A stretch of DNA of 64,000 bases from Malacoraja senta (taxonomy: Eukaryota). The position numbers were made by a program, and so were the translations under genes. The notes under the pieces were generated by a model. That model was not told the DNA's origin, did not search any database, and saw only the letters and a program-made list of their open reading frames with translations. The stretch spans positions 20,400,001 through 20,464,000 of the forward strand of contig CM075988.1 of NCBI GenBank assembly GCA_038087875.1. Direction: 5' to 3'. Below, in pieces: positions 36,545-49,160 of the stretch; the stretch's first letter is position 1, and each line of letters starts with the position of its first letter.

Positions 36545-37740
36545 GTCAAGTCAAGATGAGTTTATTGTCATCTGCACAGGTACAATGGGGTACCGGTACA
36601 ATGAAAAAGTTGCTCGCAGCAGCATCACAGGCACCTAGACTCAGACATATACAAACACATTAATCATATACATTCTGAAAGACAGTAAAAATAAGGAAAA
36701 AAACTAGTGCAAAACACATTTAGAAAAACAAGTCTGTGGTAATACAAGAGGTAGGATTACAGTTATGCAGGTCGATTCAAGAAAGTACCTGATCCTGAAC
36801 CTGGTGGTGTGGGACTTCAGGCTTCTGTACCTCCTGCCCGATGGTAGCAGTGAGAAGAGGGCACAGCCCGAATGGTGGGAATCCTTCATCCTTGATGATA
36901 GATGTCACCTTCTGGCGGGATGGTGCTGCGATGGCAGCCTCGCCTACAGTCTGTCTGTCCTTTTCGTTTTTGTTGTTATTTTTAGTGTGTTTAAAAAGTA
37001 TGTGTTAATGTTCTCTGGTTTGTTTTATGTCGGGGGTGTGTGGGGGTGAGGGGTGGGTGGTAAAATTTATTTTCAATCTCTTACCTTGCCGGAGATGTGA
37101 TTGTTTTGTCAGATCGTATCTCCGGTTGCTCTGCGGTCTTAAACTCTTTAAACCTCCAAGAAAGTAGAGGCACATTGGTGCGTGTTCATTGTGATTACAT
37201 CCACACGCTGGGCCCAGGACAAGTCATCTGAGATGTTTGAAGCTGCCAACGCTCTCCACTGCGGGCAGAGCTATGAAAACCGGATCACGATCTCCTGACT
37301 TCACCATGCTGAAGTCAATGTTTAGTTCCCGGGCTTTGTTGATGCTGAATGAGAAGTTGTTGCTGCACTGCTAAACCAGGTGTTCCGTCTCATTCTGCAC
37401 ACTGACTCATCACCACCGGTCATTTGGCCAACAACAGTCAAGTCATCAGCAAATTTGTAGCTAGCACTGGAGCTGTGCATAGTTGAAGGTGTTAAGACAG
37501 TAGAGCAGGGTTGCTAAGCATGCAGGCATGAGGTGCACCCGTGTGGGTGGTCTGTGAGGAAGAGCTGTTTTCATCGATCCGCACTGCTTGAAGTCCGCCA
37601 GTGAGGAAGTCAAGGATCCAGTTGCGAAGAGAGGCGCAGAGGCCTGGGTCTTGGAGCTTGATGATGAATTTGAAAGGGATGATTGAGATGGACGCTGAGC
37701 GTTAGTCAATGAACAATAGCTGTTAGTAGCGGAGTGGAGA
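36545..37740 (-). mobile_element. Rex1/Babar LINE fragments (3' UTR, C-terminus, degenerate RT)
   Basis: KDSHHSGCALFSLLPSGRRYRSLKSHTTRFR; ~37440-37460 is antisense to YKFADD. Confidence 0.75.
36905..37142 (+). repeat. Unclassified insert inside the Rex fragment
   Basis: Abrupt change of composition: GC-rich start, T-rich and G-rich tracts, stem ccggagat...atctccgg. Confidence 0.4.
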
Positions 37741-37937
37741 GCCAGTGATATAGCTCCCGTTGTTGGCCTGTTATGGCATTGTGGCCTAGTACAGCAATTC
37801 CAATGTACAGGAACACAAAAGGAAGCAGGGAGTGGATGGACTCAGCCAAGTCCTGCACAGACACAGCCCTCCTCACCATCAAAAAAGCACCAAGACGAAC
37901 TGTTACGGCGATAGAGATATTGAAGTTGATATTGAAG

Positions 37938-38235
37938 GGCGACACAGTGCGCAGCGGTAGAATTGCTGCCTTACAGCACCAGAGACCTAGGTTAGATCCT
38001 GACTACAGGTGCTGTCTAAATGGAGTTTGTATGTTCTCCCTGTGACCCCATGGGTTTTCTCCAGGTGCTCCAGTTTCCTCCCACATTCGAAAGACGTGCA
38101 GGCTTTTAAGTTAATTGGCTTCAGGAAGATTGTAAATTGTCCCTAGTGTGTACGACTGTGCCAGTGTATGGGGCGATCACTGGTCGGCGTGGACTCGGTG
38201 GGGCAAAGAGTCCGTTTCCGTGCTGTATCTCTAAA
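37938..38235 (+). mobile_element. HE1-like V-SINE, full length
   Basis: gcgcagcggtagaattgctgccttacagc head, V-domain, gctgtatctctaaa end. Confidence 0.9.
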
Positions 38236-39449
38236 ATGTAAAGTGGATTCAGGTCATTTCTGAAGCAGGAGTTGATTTGCTCCATAACCAACAACTTGAA
38301 ACATTTCCTTACAGTGCATGTAAGTGCTACTGGATGGATGGTAGTCATTGAGGCAGGTCACAATCCTGTTCTTGGGCACAGATACGAAAATGGGTTGGCC
38401 ATGCGAATGAGGGGAAACTTCTCTAATCAGGGATCGGGAATCTCTGGAATTCATCACTTCAGAGGGCCTTGGATGCTCAGTAAATTATACATTCCAAAAC
38501 AAAACAGAGACATTGAGTCACTAGGGGATTCATTTACACCAGGAGTGAGAGTAGACAAGTTAAGGGTTGAGGATTCTTATTGGATGGCAAGGCAGGCTTT
38601 GTTGCCATTGAATACACCAACTTCTGATTGGCCAACTTATGCTTCTATTTCTTATGTTCCTACGTTAAGTCGATTTGTATTGCTTAGTTACTGACCAGTA
38701 AAGACTTCTTCACATTTTCCACAGTTCAATTCTAAACTCAAGGAAAAGTCATTAAACCAAGTATGACAAATCTTTTCATGTTATTCTCTCGATCCCATGG
38801 TTTTTCACTCCCCACAGAATGGGCACTAAAATTTGAAATATCTTGAGTGAAAGAGTCCTGCTAATGAGGCAGATTTTTCCATTCAGTGTCCTGCACAGTG
38901 TGAGCCACAATCTCGATTACAACACACATTTCGGGCAGACAGTATGTGATTAATGATGTGGGATGTTATCCATGACTTTGTTTTGTGATCGATTCAATGT
39001 GTGTTCCCATTCAGGTCATCTCATTTTGCGTTAAGATAAATAAGAACCCAAAATTGGTGCCAGGTTAAATTTGCTCGTGTATCAAGAAGGACTTTTCGAA
39101 GTGTTGAGGAAATTTGCTCACATTGCAGTTACATGATTAGATTAGTATTACATGACTTGGAAGCATGATCCAGGATCAAAAGTTCAAATCCAATTTAGGT
39201 TAATACTAAATTCAACTAATTAATTATTCTTGGTGTCAGTAAAACTGGCTGTGAACAACTTGGCCAGTTTGGGCTCTCTGTTTCCTGACCCATTTTTGAT
39301 GCTCAGTTCCCTTTTGGAAAGCCCCACCATACCCTAAGGCCAACGGCAATGAGGATGCCAAATCATCACAGGGCCCCATATCCATTAATGAATATAAACA
39401 GAGCAAGCTATATCAGGAATGTCAATTCCCAACCACCATGAAAATCAGC

Positions 39450-39865
39450 TCCCTCTCTCTTTCCTGTGCCCCCCAATCCATTTCTCCCACCATCCCCACC
39501 CCTGTAACCCACCTCCCCCCCACTCGCTTTCCTGTGCCCCCCAATCCATTTCTCCCACCATCCCCACCCCTATATCTCCCCCACTCGCTTTATTCTCACT
39601 CCTTGTCTCTCCTTATCTGATACCCTTTTGTCTCCTTTTCATCCCTAGCCTTTGTCCACTCATCTTCAGTCAACAACACCCCCCCATCCCACCCGTATCT
39701 ACATACCAACCAGACATTGTCCTACCCCACCTCTCCCCTCCAGTTTCTTTATCCCCACCCTTACTACAATCAGTCTGAAGAAGGGTCCCAACACAAAACA
39801 TTGCCTGTACTCTCCCTCCACAGATGCTGCCTGACCCGTTGAATTCCTCCGGCACTTTGTGTTTA
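39450..39865 (+). mobile_element. Penelope-like 3' UTR/pLTR with a 68-bp-period tandem duplication
   Basis: ctttcctgtgccccccaatccatttctcccacc starts at 39459 and 39527; cagtctgaagaaggg at ~39771. Confidence 0.75.
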
Positions 39866-40689
39866 GATGAAACGGTTTAATGGACTTCCAGTCTAGTTAG
39901 GTGATGTGATAAGAAAAGCTGGAAGCATCTTGCCTGGATGAAGGATATGTTTTCCTTCTCTCATTGTGACATGGTAACATTTCCTTTTTTTAAATATTGC
40001 TTTGTATCGATGAGCAGTGAAAGGTTCAAGGTGAACCCCAGTCTGTGCTGAATTAATTGATTACATGATACTAATGCTTTAGATTTAGCCAATGTAGTAC
40101 ACATAACATTGGCAGTAAGCAAGAATTATGTATTGACCAGTTGCTTTTTGTATTGTCGTGTACACTGAGATTCAGTAAAAAAACTTTCTTGACATACTAT
40201 TCAATGAAACCAAACCATACTATACATAAGTATTACAGCAAAATCTTAATCAGTTGGGCAAGTGGCAAGTGAATGGCAAGGCCGTGGTGGAGCAGAGGGA
40301 TTTATTAATGCTGGTACATACTGTAGTTCATTGAAAATAGCATCACAGGTAGTCAAGAAAGCTTTCAGCACTTTGGCCTTCATCAGTCAGGGCACTGAGT
40401 ATAGAAGTTGGGATGTTATGTTGCAATTGTGCAAGACGTTGGTGAGGCCACATTTGGAGTATTGCGTTGAGCTTTGGTCATCCTGTTATAGGTGTGATGG
40501 ACTAAGTTGCATTCGCAACACTCTGCATTTTCACCCTGAGCTATTGCAGATTACAGTTATAGCAAATTCTGGAGACCTTCTTCCAACAGATGACAAGCTG
40601 AGCTTCTCATCTCTCACATGTACCAGTCTACACATTTTTCAGGCAAAGTGCTAAGACTGCTCTGATCTCACAAGCTGCAAAGTTGTGTC

Positions 40690-40965
40690 AAAATCTCTTA
40701 AACGTCACTATTGTATGCCTCCACCACCAACCCCCAGCAATGCGTTCCAGGCACTCACCATCCTGTATGTAAACAAACCTACCCCGCACATCTCCTTTAA
40801 ACTTTGTCCTCCTTACCCTAAACCTATGCCCTCCAGTATTTGATATTTCCATCCTGGGAAAAAGGTTCTGACGGTCTACACTATCTATGCTTCTCATAAT
40901 TTTATATACTTTTATCAGGTCTCCCCTCAATGTCCAGCGTTCCAGTGGACGCAACCCAAGTTTGA
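40690..40965 (-). mobile_element. CR1 C-terminal fragment
   Basis: LRGDLIKVYKIMRSIDSVDRQNLFPRMEISNTGGH. Confidence 0.85.
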
Positions 40966-42106
40966 TGTCCCCCAATGCTTCTTCAAGCCATTTACAAATG
41001 TCAATGAAGTCTTATGCTGTTGATTGTAAGGCAAAAGCAGTAAGGCCAAAGGGAATGGCAAACAGACCCGCAACACTGAAAATAAAGGTAAACCTCGAAG
41101 AGAGATGAGAAAAACTCACCAAGGCCTATCAACGACAGAAGGAACTGACTTAAGGGAGTTGAAATTCATGGACTGCATTGAAAAAGGCAGGTGTGAAAAC
41201 AGATGGAATTTGTGGTTTATAGAATACCAGATCATTACAAAAAAAAAGAAGCCTAAAAGTTTAGTAACAACTGGAAACTAAGGGGTTGGAGGCTCCAAAA
41301 GCCAGCAGATTTGGAAAAAATACATAAACAAAGAAATGGAGAAGCAAACGGGGGAGCAGAGGGCCAATAACTAATTTAATGCTGACATGATGATCCCTTT
41401 ATGCAGAGACCATGAATACAGGGCCTGGAATTGTTTCTGACAGAAAATTAGAGAGCAGAGGCTGGGAGCATTAACCACAGACTCGCGGGGACTGAGCGAA
41501 AGTTAAGAAGGGTATTTAGAATTAATTTCTCAATGTCGTTTATAAAACTATTATTTTTTATTTAAAACAATAAAAATGAAATGACGCAGGCTCATGATAT
41601 GATATCCATGTACATGAGGGTAGACTCTTCCTTCTTAAAAACAGTAAGTCCCACATCAGACGTAAGTTTGTGAAAACAGAGTAGACACAAGAAATTGTTG
41701 AAGCTGGTTTGGAAAAAAGGACACAAAGTGCCTGCTGTAACTCAGCTGAGTAACTCAGTAACTCAGCAGGTCAGGCAGCATCTATTGAGAACATGGGTTG
41801 GTGATGTTTTGGGTCACGACCTTCTTCAGACTCATGTGATCCTCAGAGTAAGTATGTGACCTTCCTCATAGTGTGTGATCGAGGCTGACACGTTTGTAGC
41901 CATTTCCTGAAGGTGCAACTTTCAGATGAGACAATATACCAACATCTCTCTGACCACTTTCAACATAGCATGAGCTCAGATAGAACATAGAACAGCACAG
42001 CACATGAACTGGTCCCATCAGTCCACAGCATCTGTGCCAAATATGATGCCAAGATCAACTAATCCTATCTGCCTGTCGGTGATCCCTATTCCACCACTCT
42101 CTGCAT

Positions 42107-42362
42107 ATAGAAACATAGAAACATAGAAAATAAGTGCAGGAATAGGCCATTCGGCCCTTCGAGCCTGCACCGCCATTCAATATGATCATGGCTGATCATC
42201 CAACTCAGTATCCTGTACCTGCTTTCTCTCCATACCCCCTGATCCCTTTAGCCACAAGGGCCACATTTAACTCTCTCTTAAATATAGCCAATGAACTGGC
42301 CTCAACTACATTCTGTGGCAGAGAATTCCAGTGATTCACCACTCTCTGTGTAAAAAATGTTT
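42107..42362 (-). mobile_element. CR1 3' end, (TTTCTATG)n subfamily
   Basis: Nearly identical to 43367-43622. Confidence 0.95.
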
Positions 42363-43068
42363 TGGCCCTTCGAGCCAGCACCGCCATTTAATGTGATCAT
42401 GACCGTTCCTGCCTTCTCCCCATATCCCCTGACTCCGCTATTTTAAGAGCCCTATCTAGCTCTCTCTTGAAAGCATCGCGAGAACCTGCCTCCACCGCCC
42501 TCTGAGGCAGAGAATTCCACAGACTCACAACTCTCTGTGAGAAAAAGTGTTTCCTCGTATCCGTTCTAAATGGCTTACCCCTTATTCTTAAACTGTGGCC
42601 CCTGGTTCTGGACTCCCCCAACATCGGGAACATGTTTCCTGCCTCTAGTGTGTCCAAGCCCTTAACAATCTTATATGTTTCAATGAGATTCCCTCTCATC
42701 CTTCTAAACTCCAGAGTGTACAAGCCCAGCTGCTCCATTCTCTCAGCATATGACAGTCCCGCCATCCCGGGAATTAACCTTGTAAACCTACGCTGCACTC
42801 CCTCAATAGCAAGAATGCCCATCCTCAAATTAGGGGACCAAAACTGCACACAATACTGCAGGTGTGGTCTCACTAGGGCTCTGTACAACTGCAGAAGGAC
42901 CTCTTTGCTCCTATATTCGATTCCTCTTGTTATAAAGGCCAACATGCCATTCGCTTTCTTCACTGCCTGCTGTACCTGCATGCTTACTTTCATAGACTGA
43001 TGTACAAGGACCCCCAGATCCCATTGTACTTCCCCTTTTCCCAACTTGACGCCATTTAGATAGTAATC
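42363..43068 (-). mobile_element. CR1 3' fragment, same subfamily as 5078-6113
   Basis: ORF 42397-43194 from DYYLNGVKLGKGEVQ to RVVSLWNSLPQRAVEA. Confidence 0.95.
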
Positions 43069-43366
43069 TGAATTGAAGGGGGAGTAGTGCAGTGCACCCT
43101 CCTCCTGCCCCTGTGTTTGTGAAAAGAGTTCTCCTCCGCTCTCAGCCATCACGGCCGACTCTGCTGCGATTAGAAACACAAGTTCATAAGTCATTGGAGC
43201 AGAATTAGGCCATTCAGCCCATCAAGTCTACTCCACCATCCAATCATGGCCAATCATCTATCTTTCCCTCTCAACCCCCTTCTCCTACCTTCCCCCCGTA
43301 ACCCCCGACACCCGTCCTAATCACAAATCTGACAATCTCCACTTTAAAAAAATCAGCTTTAAAAGG

Positions 43367-46262
43367 ATAGAAACATAGAAACATAGAAAATAGGTGCAGG
43401 AGTAGGCCATTCAGCCCTTCGAGCCTGCACCGCCATTCAATATGATCATGGCTGATCATCCAACTCAGTATCCTGTACCTGCCTTCTCTCCATACCCCCT
43501 GATCCCTTTAGCCACAAGGGCCACATCTAACTCCCTCTTAAATGTAGCCAATGAACTGGCCTCAACTACCTTCTGTGGCAGAGAATTCCAGAGATTCACC
43601 ACTCTCTGTGTGAAAAATGTTTTCCTCATCTCGGTCCTAAAAGATTTCCCCCTTATCCTTAAACTGTGACCCCTTGTTCTGGACTTCCCCAACATCGGGA
43701 ACAATCTTCCTGCATCTAGCCTGTCCAACCCCTTAAGAATTTTGTAAATTTCTATAAGATCACCCCTCAATCTTCTAAATTCTAGCGAGTACAAACCGAG
43801 TCTATCCAGTCTTTCTTCATATGAAAGTCCTGACATCCCAGGAATCAGTCTGGTGAACCTTCTCTGTACTCCCTCTATGGCAAGAATGTCTTTCCTCAGA
43901 TTAGGAGACCAAAACTGTACGCAATACTCCAGGTGTGGTCTCACCAAGACCCTGTACAACTGCAGTAGAACCTCCCTGCTCCTATACTCAAATCCTTTTG
44001 CTATGAATGCTAACATACCATTCGCCTTCTTCACTGCCTGCTGCACCTGCATGCCTACTTTTAATGACTGCTGTACCACGACACCCAGGTCTCGTTGCAT
44101 CTCCCCTTTTCCTAATCGGCCACCATTCAGATAATAGTCTACTTTCCTGTTTTTGCCACGAAAGTGGATAACCTCACATTTATCCACATTATACTGCATC
44201 TGCCATGCATTTGCCCACTCACCCAGCCTATCCAAGTCACCTTGCAGCCTCCGAGCATCCTCCTCACAGCTAACACTGCCCCCCAGCTTCGTGTCATCCG
44301 CAAACTTGGAGATGTTGCATTCAATTCCCTCGTCCAAATCATTAATATATATTGTAAATAGCTGGGGTCCCAGCACTGAGCCTTGCGGTACCCCACTAGT
44401 CACTGCCTGCCATTGTGAAAAGGACCCGTTTACTCCTACTCTTTGCTTCCTGTCTGCCAGCCAGTTCTCTATCCACATCAATACTGAACCCCCAATACCG
44501 TGTCCTTTAAGTTTGTATACACATCTCTTATGTGGGACCTTGTCGAAAGCCTTCTGAAAGTCCAGATATAACACATCCACTGGTTCTCCCTTATCCACTC
44601 TACTAGTTACATCCTCGAAAAATTCTATAAGATTCGTCAAATATGATTTACCTTTCATAAATCCATGCTGACTTTGTCCAATGATTTCACCATTTTCCAA
44701 ATGTGCTGCTATCCCATCTTTAATAACTGGTCTGTAATTCCCCGTTTTCTCTCTCCCTCCCTTTTTAAAAAGTGGAGTTACATTAGCTACCCTCCAAACC
44801 TCAGGAACTACTCCAGAATCTAAAGAGTTTTGAAAAATTATCACTAATGCATCCACTATTTCTGGGGCTACTTCCTTAAGTACTCTGGGATGCAGGCTAT
44901 CTGGCCCTGGGGATTTATCGGCCTTTAATCCATTCAATTTACCTAACACCACTTCCCGGCTAACCGGGATTTCACTCAGTTCCTCCATCTCATTTGACCC
45001 CCGGTCCCCTGCTATTTCCGGCAGATTAATTAAGTCTTCCTTAGTGAAGACAGAAACAAAGTAGTTATTCAATTGGTCTGCCATGTCTTTGTTCCCCATG
45101 ATCAATTCACCTGTTTCTGACTGCAAGGGACCTACATTTGTTTTAACTAATCTTTTTCTCTTCACATATCTATAAACATTTTGCAGTCAGTTTTTATGTT
45201 CCCTGCCAGTTTTCTTTCATAATCCATTTTCCCTTTCCTAATTAAACCCTTTGTCATCCTCTGCTGGACTCTGAATTTCTCCCAGTCCTCTGGTAGGCTG
45301 CTTTTTCTGGCTAATTTGTATGCTTCATCTTTTGTTTTGATACTATCCCTGATTTCCCTTGTTATTCACGGATGCATTACCTTCCCTGATTTATTCTTTT
45401 GCCAAACTGGGATGAACAATTGTTGTAGTTCATCCATGCAGCCTTTAAATGCCTTCCATTACATATCCACCGTCAACCCTTTAAGAATCAATTGCCAGTC
45501 TATCTTGGCCAATTCACGTGTCATACCCTCAAAGTTACCTTTCTTTAAGTTCAGAACCCTTGTTTCTGAATTAATTATGTCACTCTCCATCCTAATGAAG
45601 AACTCAACCATATTATGGTCACTCTTGCCCAAGGGGCCACGCACAACAAGACTGCTAACTAACCCTTCCTCATTACTCAATACCCAGTCTAGAATAGCCT
45701 GCTCTCTCGTTGGTTCCTCTACATGTTGATTTAGAAAACTATCCCGCATACATTTCAAGAAATCCTCTTCCTCAGCACCCCTGCCAATTTGATTCACCCA
45801 ATCTATATGTAGATTGAAGTCACACATTGTAACTGTTTTACCTTTGTTGCACGCATTTCTAATTTCCTGTTTGATGCCATCCCCAACTCCACTACTACTG
45901 TTAGGTGGCCTGTACACAACTCCCACTAGTGTTTTCTGCCCCTTAGTGTTTCGCAGCTCTACCCATATCGATTCCACATCCTCCAAGCTAATGTTCTTCC
46001 TTTCTATTGCGTTAATCTCCTCTCTAACCAGCAACGCTACCCCACCTCCTTTACCTTTCTGTCTATCCCTCCTGAATATTGAATATCACTGGATGTTCAG
46101 CTCCCAGCCTTGGTCACCCTGGAGCCATGTCTCCGTGATCCCAACTATATCATAGTCATTAATAGCTATCTGCACATTCAACTCATCCACCTTATTACGA
46201 ATGCTCCTTGCATTGAGACACAAAGCCTTCAGGCTTGTTTTTACAACACTCTTACCCCTTAT
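43367..46262 (-). mobile_element. 5'-truncated CR1 LINE with nearly complete ORF2 (APE endonuclease plus reverse transcriptase)
   Basis: APE motifs LNARSIRNK, GITETWL, VYRPP, DFN, SDH; RT motifs [28 protein letters not shown]; tail (TTTCTATG)n. Confidence 0.97.
43465..46262 (-). pseudogene. Disabled CR1 ORF2
   Basis: Stops near 46086, 45459 and 45367, a 1-nt frameshift near 45175, and an in-frame loss after NYRPV (~44724); 566-aa open C-terminal part. Confidence 0.9.
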
Positions 46263-46329
46263 ACAATTATGTATAAGGGGTATCTGCAATCTGCAATTAT
46301 GTATAAGGGATATCTGCAATCTAATTGAC

Positions 46330-46613
46330 ACAGCGCCTCACAGCGGCAGAGACCCGGGTTCGATCCTGATTATGTGTGTTGTCTGTACGGAGTTTGTACA
46401 TTCTCCCCGTGACTACATCGGTATTCCCCGGGAGCTCCGGTTTCTACCCACACTCTAAAGATGTACACGTTTGTAGATTAATTGGCTTGGTGTAAATGTA
46501 AAATCATTGTCCCTAGCTTGTAGGATGGTGTTAATGTACGGGATTGCTGGTCAGTGCAGACCCGGTGGGTCGAAGGGCCTGTTTCCGCTCTGTATCTCTA
46601 AACTAAACTAAAA
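46330..46613 (+). mobile_element. HE1-like V-SINE
   Basis: gacccgggttcgatcctga B box; tail ctaaactaaactaaa. Confidence 0.9.
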
Positions 46614-46614
46614 C

Positions 46615-46990
46615 AATCTATGTGTCTATCTAAAAACCTCAAACATCACTATCGCTGTTCCAACCACCGTCTCCAGCATCGTGTACCAGGTAAACACCAT
46701 TCTCTGTGTAAAAAAACTTGCCCCGCACAACTCCTTTAAACCTTGCCCCTCTTACCTTAAAGCTATGCCCTCTAGGCTTTGTCATTTCCACTCTGGGGAA
46801 AAGGTTTTGACTGTCTACCATGTCTTTGCCTCTCATAATTAGATGTACTTCTATCATATCTCCCCTCAACCTCCAGCATTCTAGAGAAAACAAGCTAGGT
46901 TTTATCTATCCTCTCCTTGTAGCTAATACTCTCAAATCCAGGCAGCATTCTGGTAAACCTCTTCTGAAGAGAAAACAATCCAAGTCTGTC
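46615..46990 (-). mobile_element. CR1 C-terminal fragment
   Basis: FSLECWRLRGDMIEVHLIMRG...PRGHSFKVRG. Confidence 0.85.
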
Positions 46991-47249
46991 CAATGTCTAA
47001 TTCACAGAAATCCGAATTTACCAAGTCACATTACAGTGTATAACCTAAAGCTAGGTCACAAAGTTGAGTGATAAACTTTGTGTTGAAGGTGAGCTGTAGG
47101 TAGAGGGATAGAGAGGCTTAAGGATAGAACTTGGAATCTTGGTACCGGCGGTGGAGTGAGTGTAATCTGTACCAACCTGTGAAATGAATCATGTTAAATG
47201 GGAAATATTAAGATTAGCACAATGCAGCTGCTAAATCTGACCAGATTGT

Positions 47250-47575
47250 GTTTAGTTTAGTTTGGTTTAGATTAGTTCAGTTCAGTTTAGAGAGACTGTG
47301 TGAAAAGAAGGCCTTTGGCCTAACAAGTCCATGTCGACCAACATTACCTATGCACTAGTTCTATCCTACAAACTAGCGACAATTTACTGAAGTCAATTAA
47401 CCTACAAACCTGCACGTTTTTGCAACGTGGGAGGAAACAGGAGCACCCGGAGAAAACCCATGCAGTGACAGGGAGAATGTACAAACTTTGTACAGACAGC
47501 ACCCATAGTCAGGATCGAACCCGGGTCTCTGGCGCTGTGAGGCAGCAACTCTTCCGCTGTGCCACCTTGCCACCC
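47250..47575 (-). mobile_element. HE1-like V-SINE, full length
   Basis: (TTTAG)n tail; caggatcgaacccgggtctctggcgctgtgaggcagc. Confidence 0.9.
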
Positions 47576-48079
47576 CTTCGACCTGTGTAAGATATACACA
47601 CAGTGTAGCAACAGCTAACATTGCATGTTTGTTCTCATCTAATTGATTTTAAAATGCCTTGCAGCTCAGGTTACTGAGAAATTATATGTTCACTGTATTT
47701 ACAACGGCTAATAAAGAAGGGCTACATGGAAAGCCATCTCAGGAGACTTGTTATTGCAGCGTGCAGCTGCAGGGAAGCTGCAGCCAGGGTAAATACAACA
47801 TAGTAATCATTTTGTTGCACCCAATTGAGTCTTGAATATCCTTTATAGCTTTGAGAATCTGCTCTATTCCATGGGATAACATCTGTTCACATTGGCTGCT
47901 TGAGACATGAGGTGAAACAAGCACCTGGTGGAAAAAATAGAATACTTCTCTAACCAAACAAATACTTGTTTTTCTGTTTTGTGAAAGAATTGAGGCTATA
48001 GATTTTCTAGAGGTCAAATAATTCGAGTGTGAAGTGGTAATGCTTTCTATCAATGAATTGTCAAGAGTCATGGATGTTT

Positions 48080-49160
48080 AATTATCATATATAAGTTTGC
48101 AGACAACACCAAAATTGGTGGACACAAAGAGCTGGAGTAACTCAGCGGGGCAGGCAGCATCTCTGGATAGAAGGAATGGGTGACGTTTCGGGTCGAGATC
48201 CTTCTTCAGACCGGAAACATCACCCGTTCCTTCTCTCCAGAGATGCTGCCTGTCCTGCCGAGTTACTCCAGCCCTTTTCTGTGTATCTTCGGTGTAAACC
48301 AGCATCTGCAGTTCCTTCCTACACAACCAACATTGGTGGAGTTATGGTCAGTGAGGAGGGCTGCTACAGAAATGAGCATAGCAACGGCTGATGGAGTTCA
48401 ATCTGTCAGTGAGGTATTGCACTTCGGAAGGTCTAATGTAAGGAGAAAGTATAAGTTAATGGCATAACCCATAACAGCACTGATGTCCAGAAGAATCTTG
48501 GGGTCCAAATCCATAGGTCCCCGAAAGTAGCAACACAAGTAGAGTGAGTGATATAGAAGGCATACGGCATTGGTCAGTACATTGAATATACTGTAAGAGT
48601 CAAAGTCATGATGCAGCTCTGTAGGACTTTACTCAGTCTGCATCTGGAATATTACATGCAGTTCTGGTCGCCCCATCACAGGAAAGATATGGAAGCTTTG
48701 GAGAGGGTGCAGAAGAATGCTGCTTGGATTACATGGTATTGGCTATAAGGAGAGCTTGGGCAAATGTGGATTGTTTTCTCTGGAACATCGAAGATTGAAT
48801 GAAGACCGTGTACAAGAATATACAATTATGAGGCATAGATAGAATAGATAGTCAGAACCATTTTCCCAGGGTGGAAATGTCAAAAAAATTAGATGGCATA
48901 GCTTTAAGGTGAGCTGGGCAAAGTTTAAAGCAGATGTGTGGGGGAGTTTTTTTACATGGAGAGTGATGGAAGCCTGGAATGTGCTGCCATAGATGGTAGT
49001 GTGGGCAGATGCATTTGAGTGGCTTTTAGATAGGTACATGGGTAATGGAAGGATATGGATCACGTGCAGGTAGAGGACATTAGGTTAATTTAGCATCATG
49101 TCTGGAATAGACTGAAGGGCCTTGTGAAGTGCTGCATTGTTATATGCTTGATGTTCTATG
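48080..49160 (+). mobile_element. Degenerate CR1 RT fragment
   Basis: aagtttgcagacaacaccaaaattggtgga (KFADNTKIGG) through the 3' UTR. Confidence 0.8.
48123..48325. mobile_element. Inverted dimer of the Penelope-derived hammerhead element
   Basis: Reverse-complement arms meeting at ~48211; TSD ACCAA(A/C)ATTGGTGGA at 48108-48122 and 48326-48340. Confidence 0.9.

Noticed and set aside
42397..43194. 265-aa ORF with a novel N-terminus fused to a CR1 C-terminus
   Set aside because: Chance in-frame read-in from flanking DNA; no promoter or splice support, and the RT core is absent
42632..46155. Plus-strand ORFs such as 44153-44557 and 45316-45729
   Set aside because: Antisense shadows of CR1 ORF2
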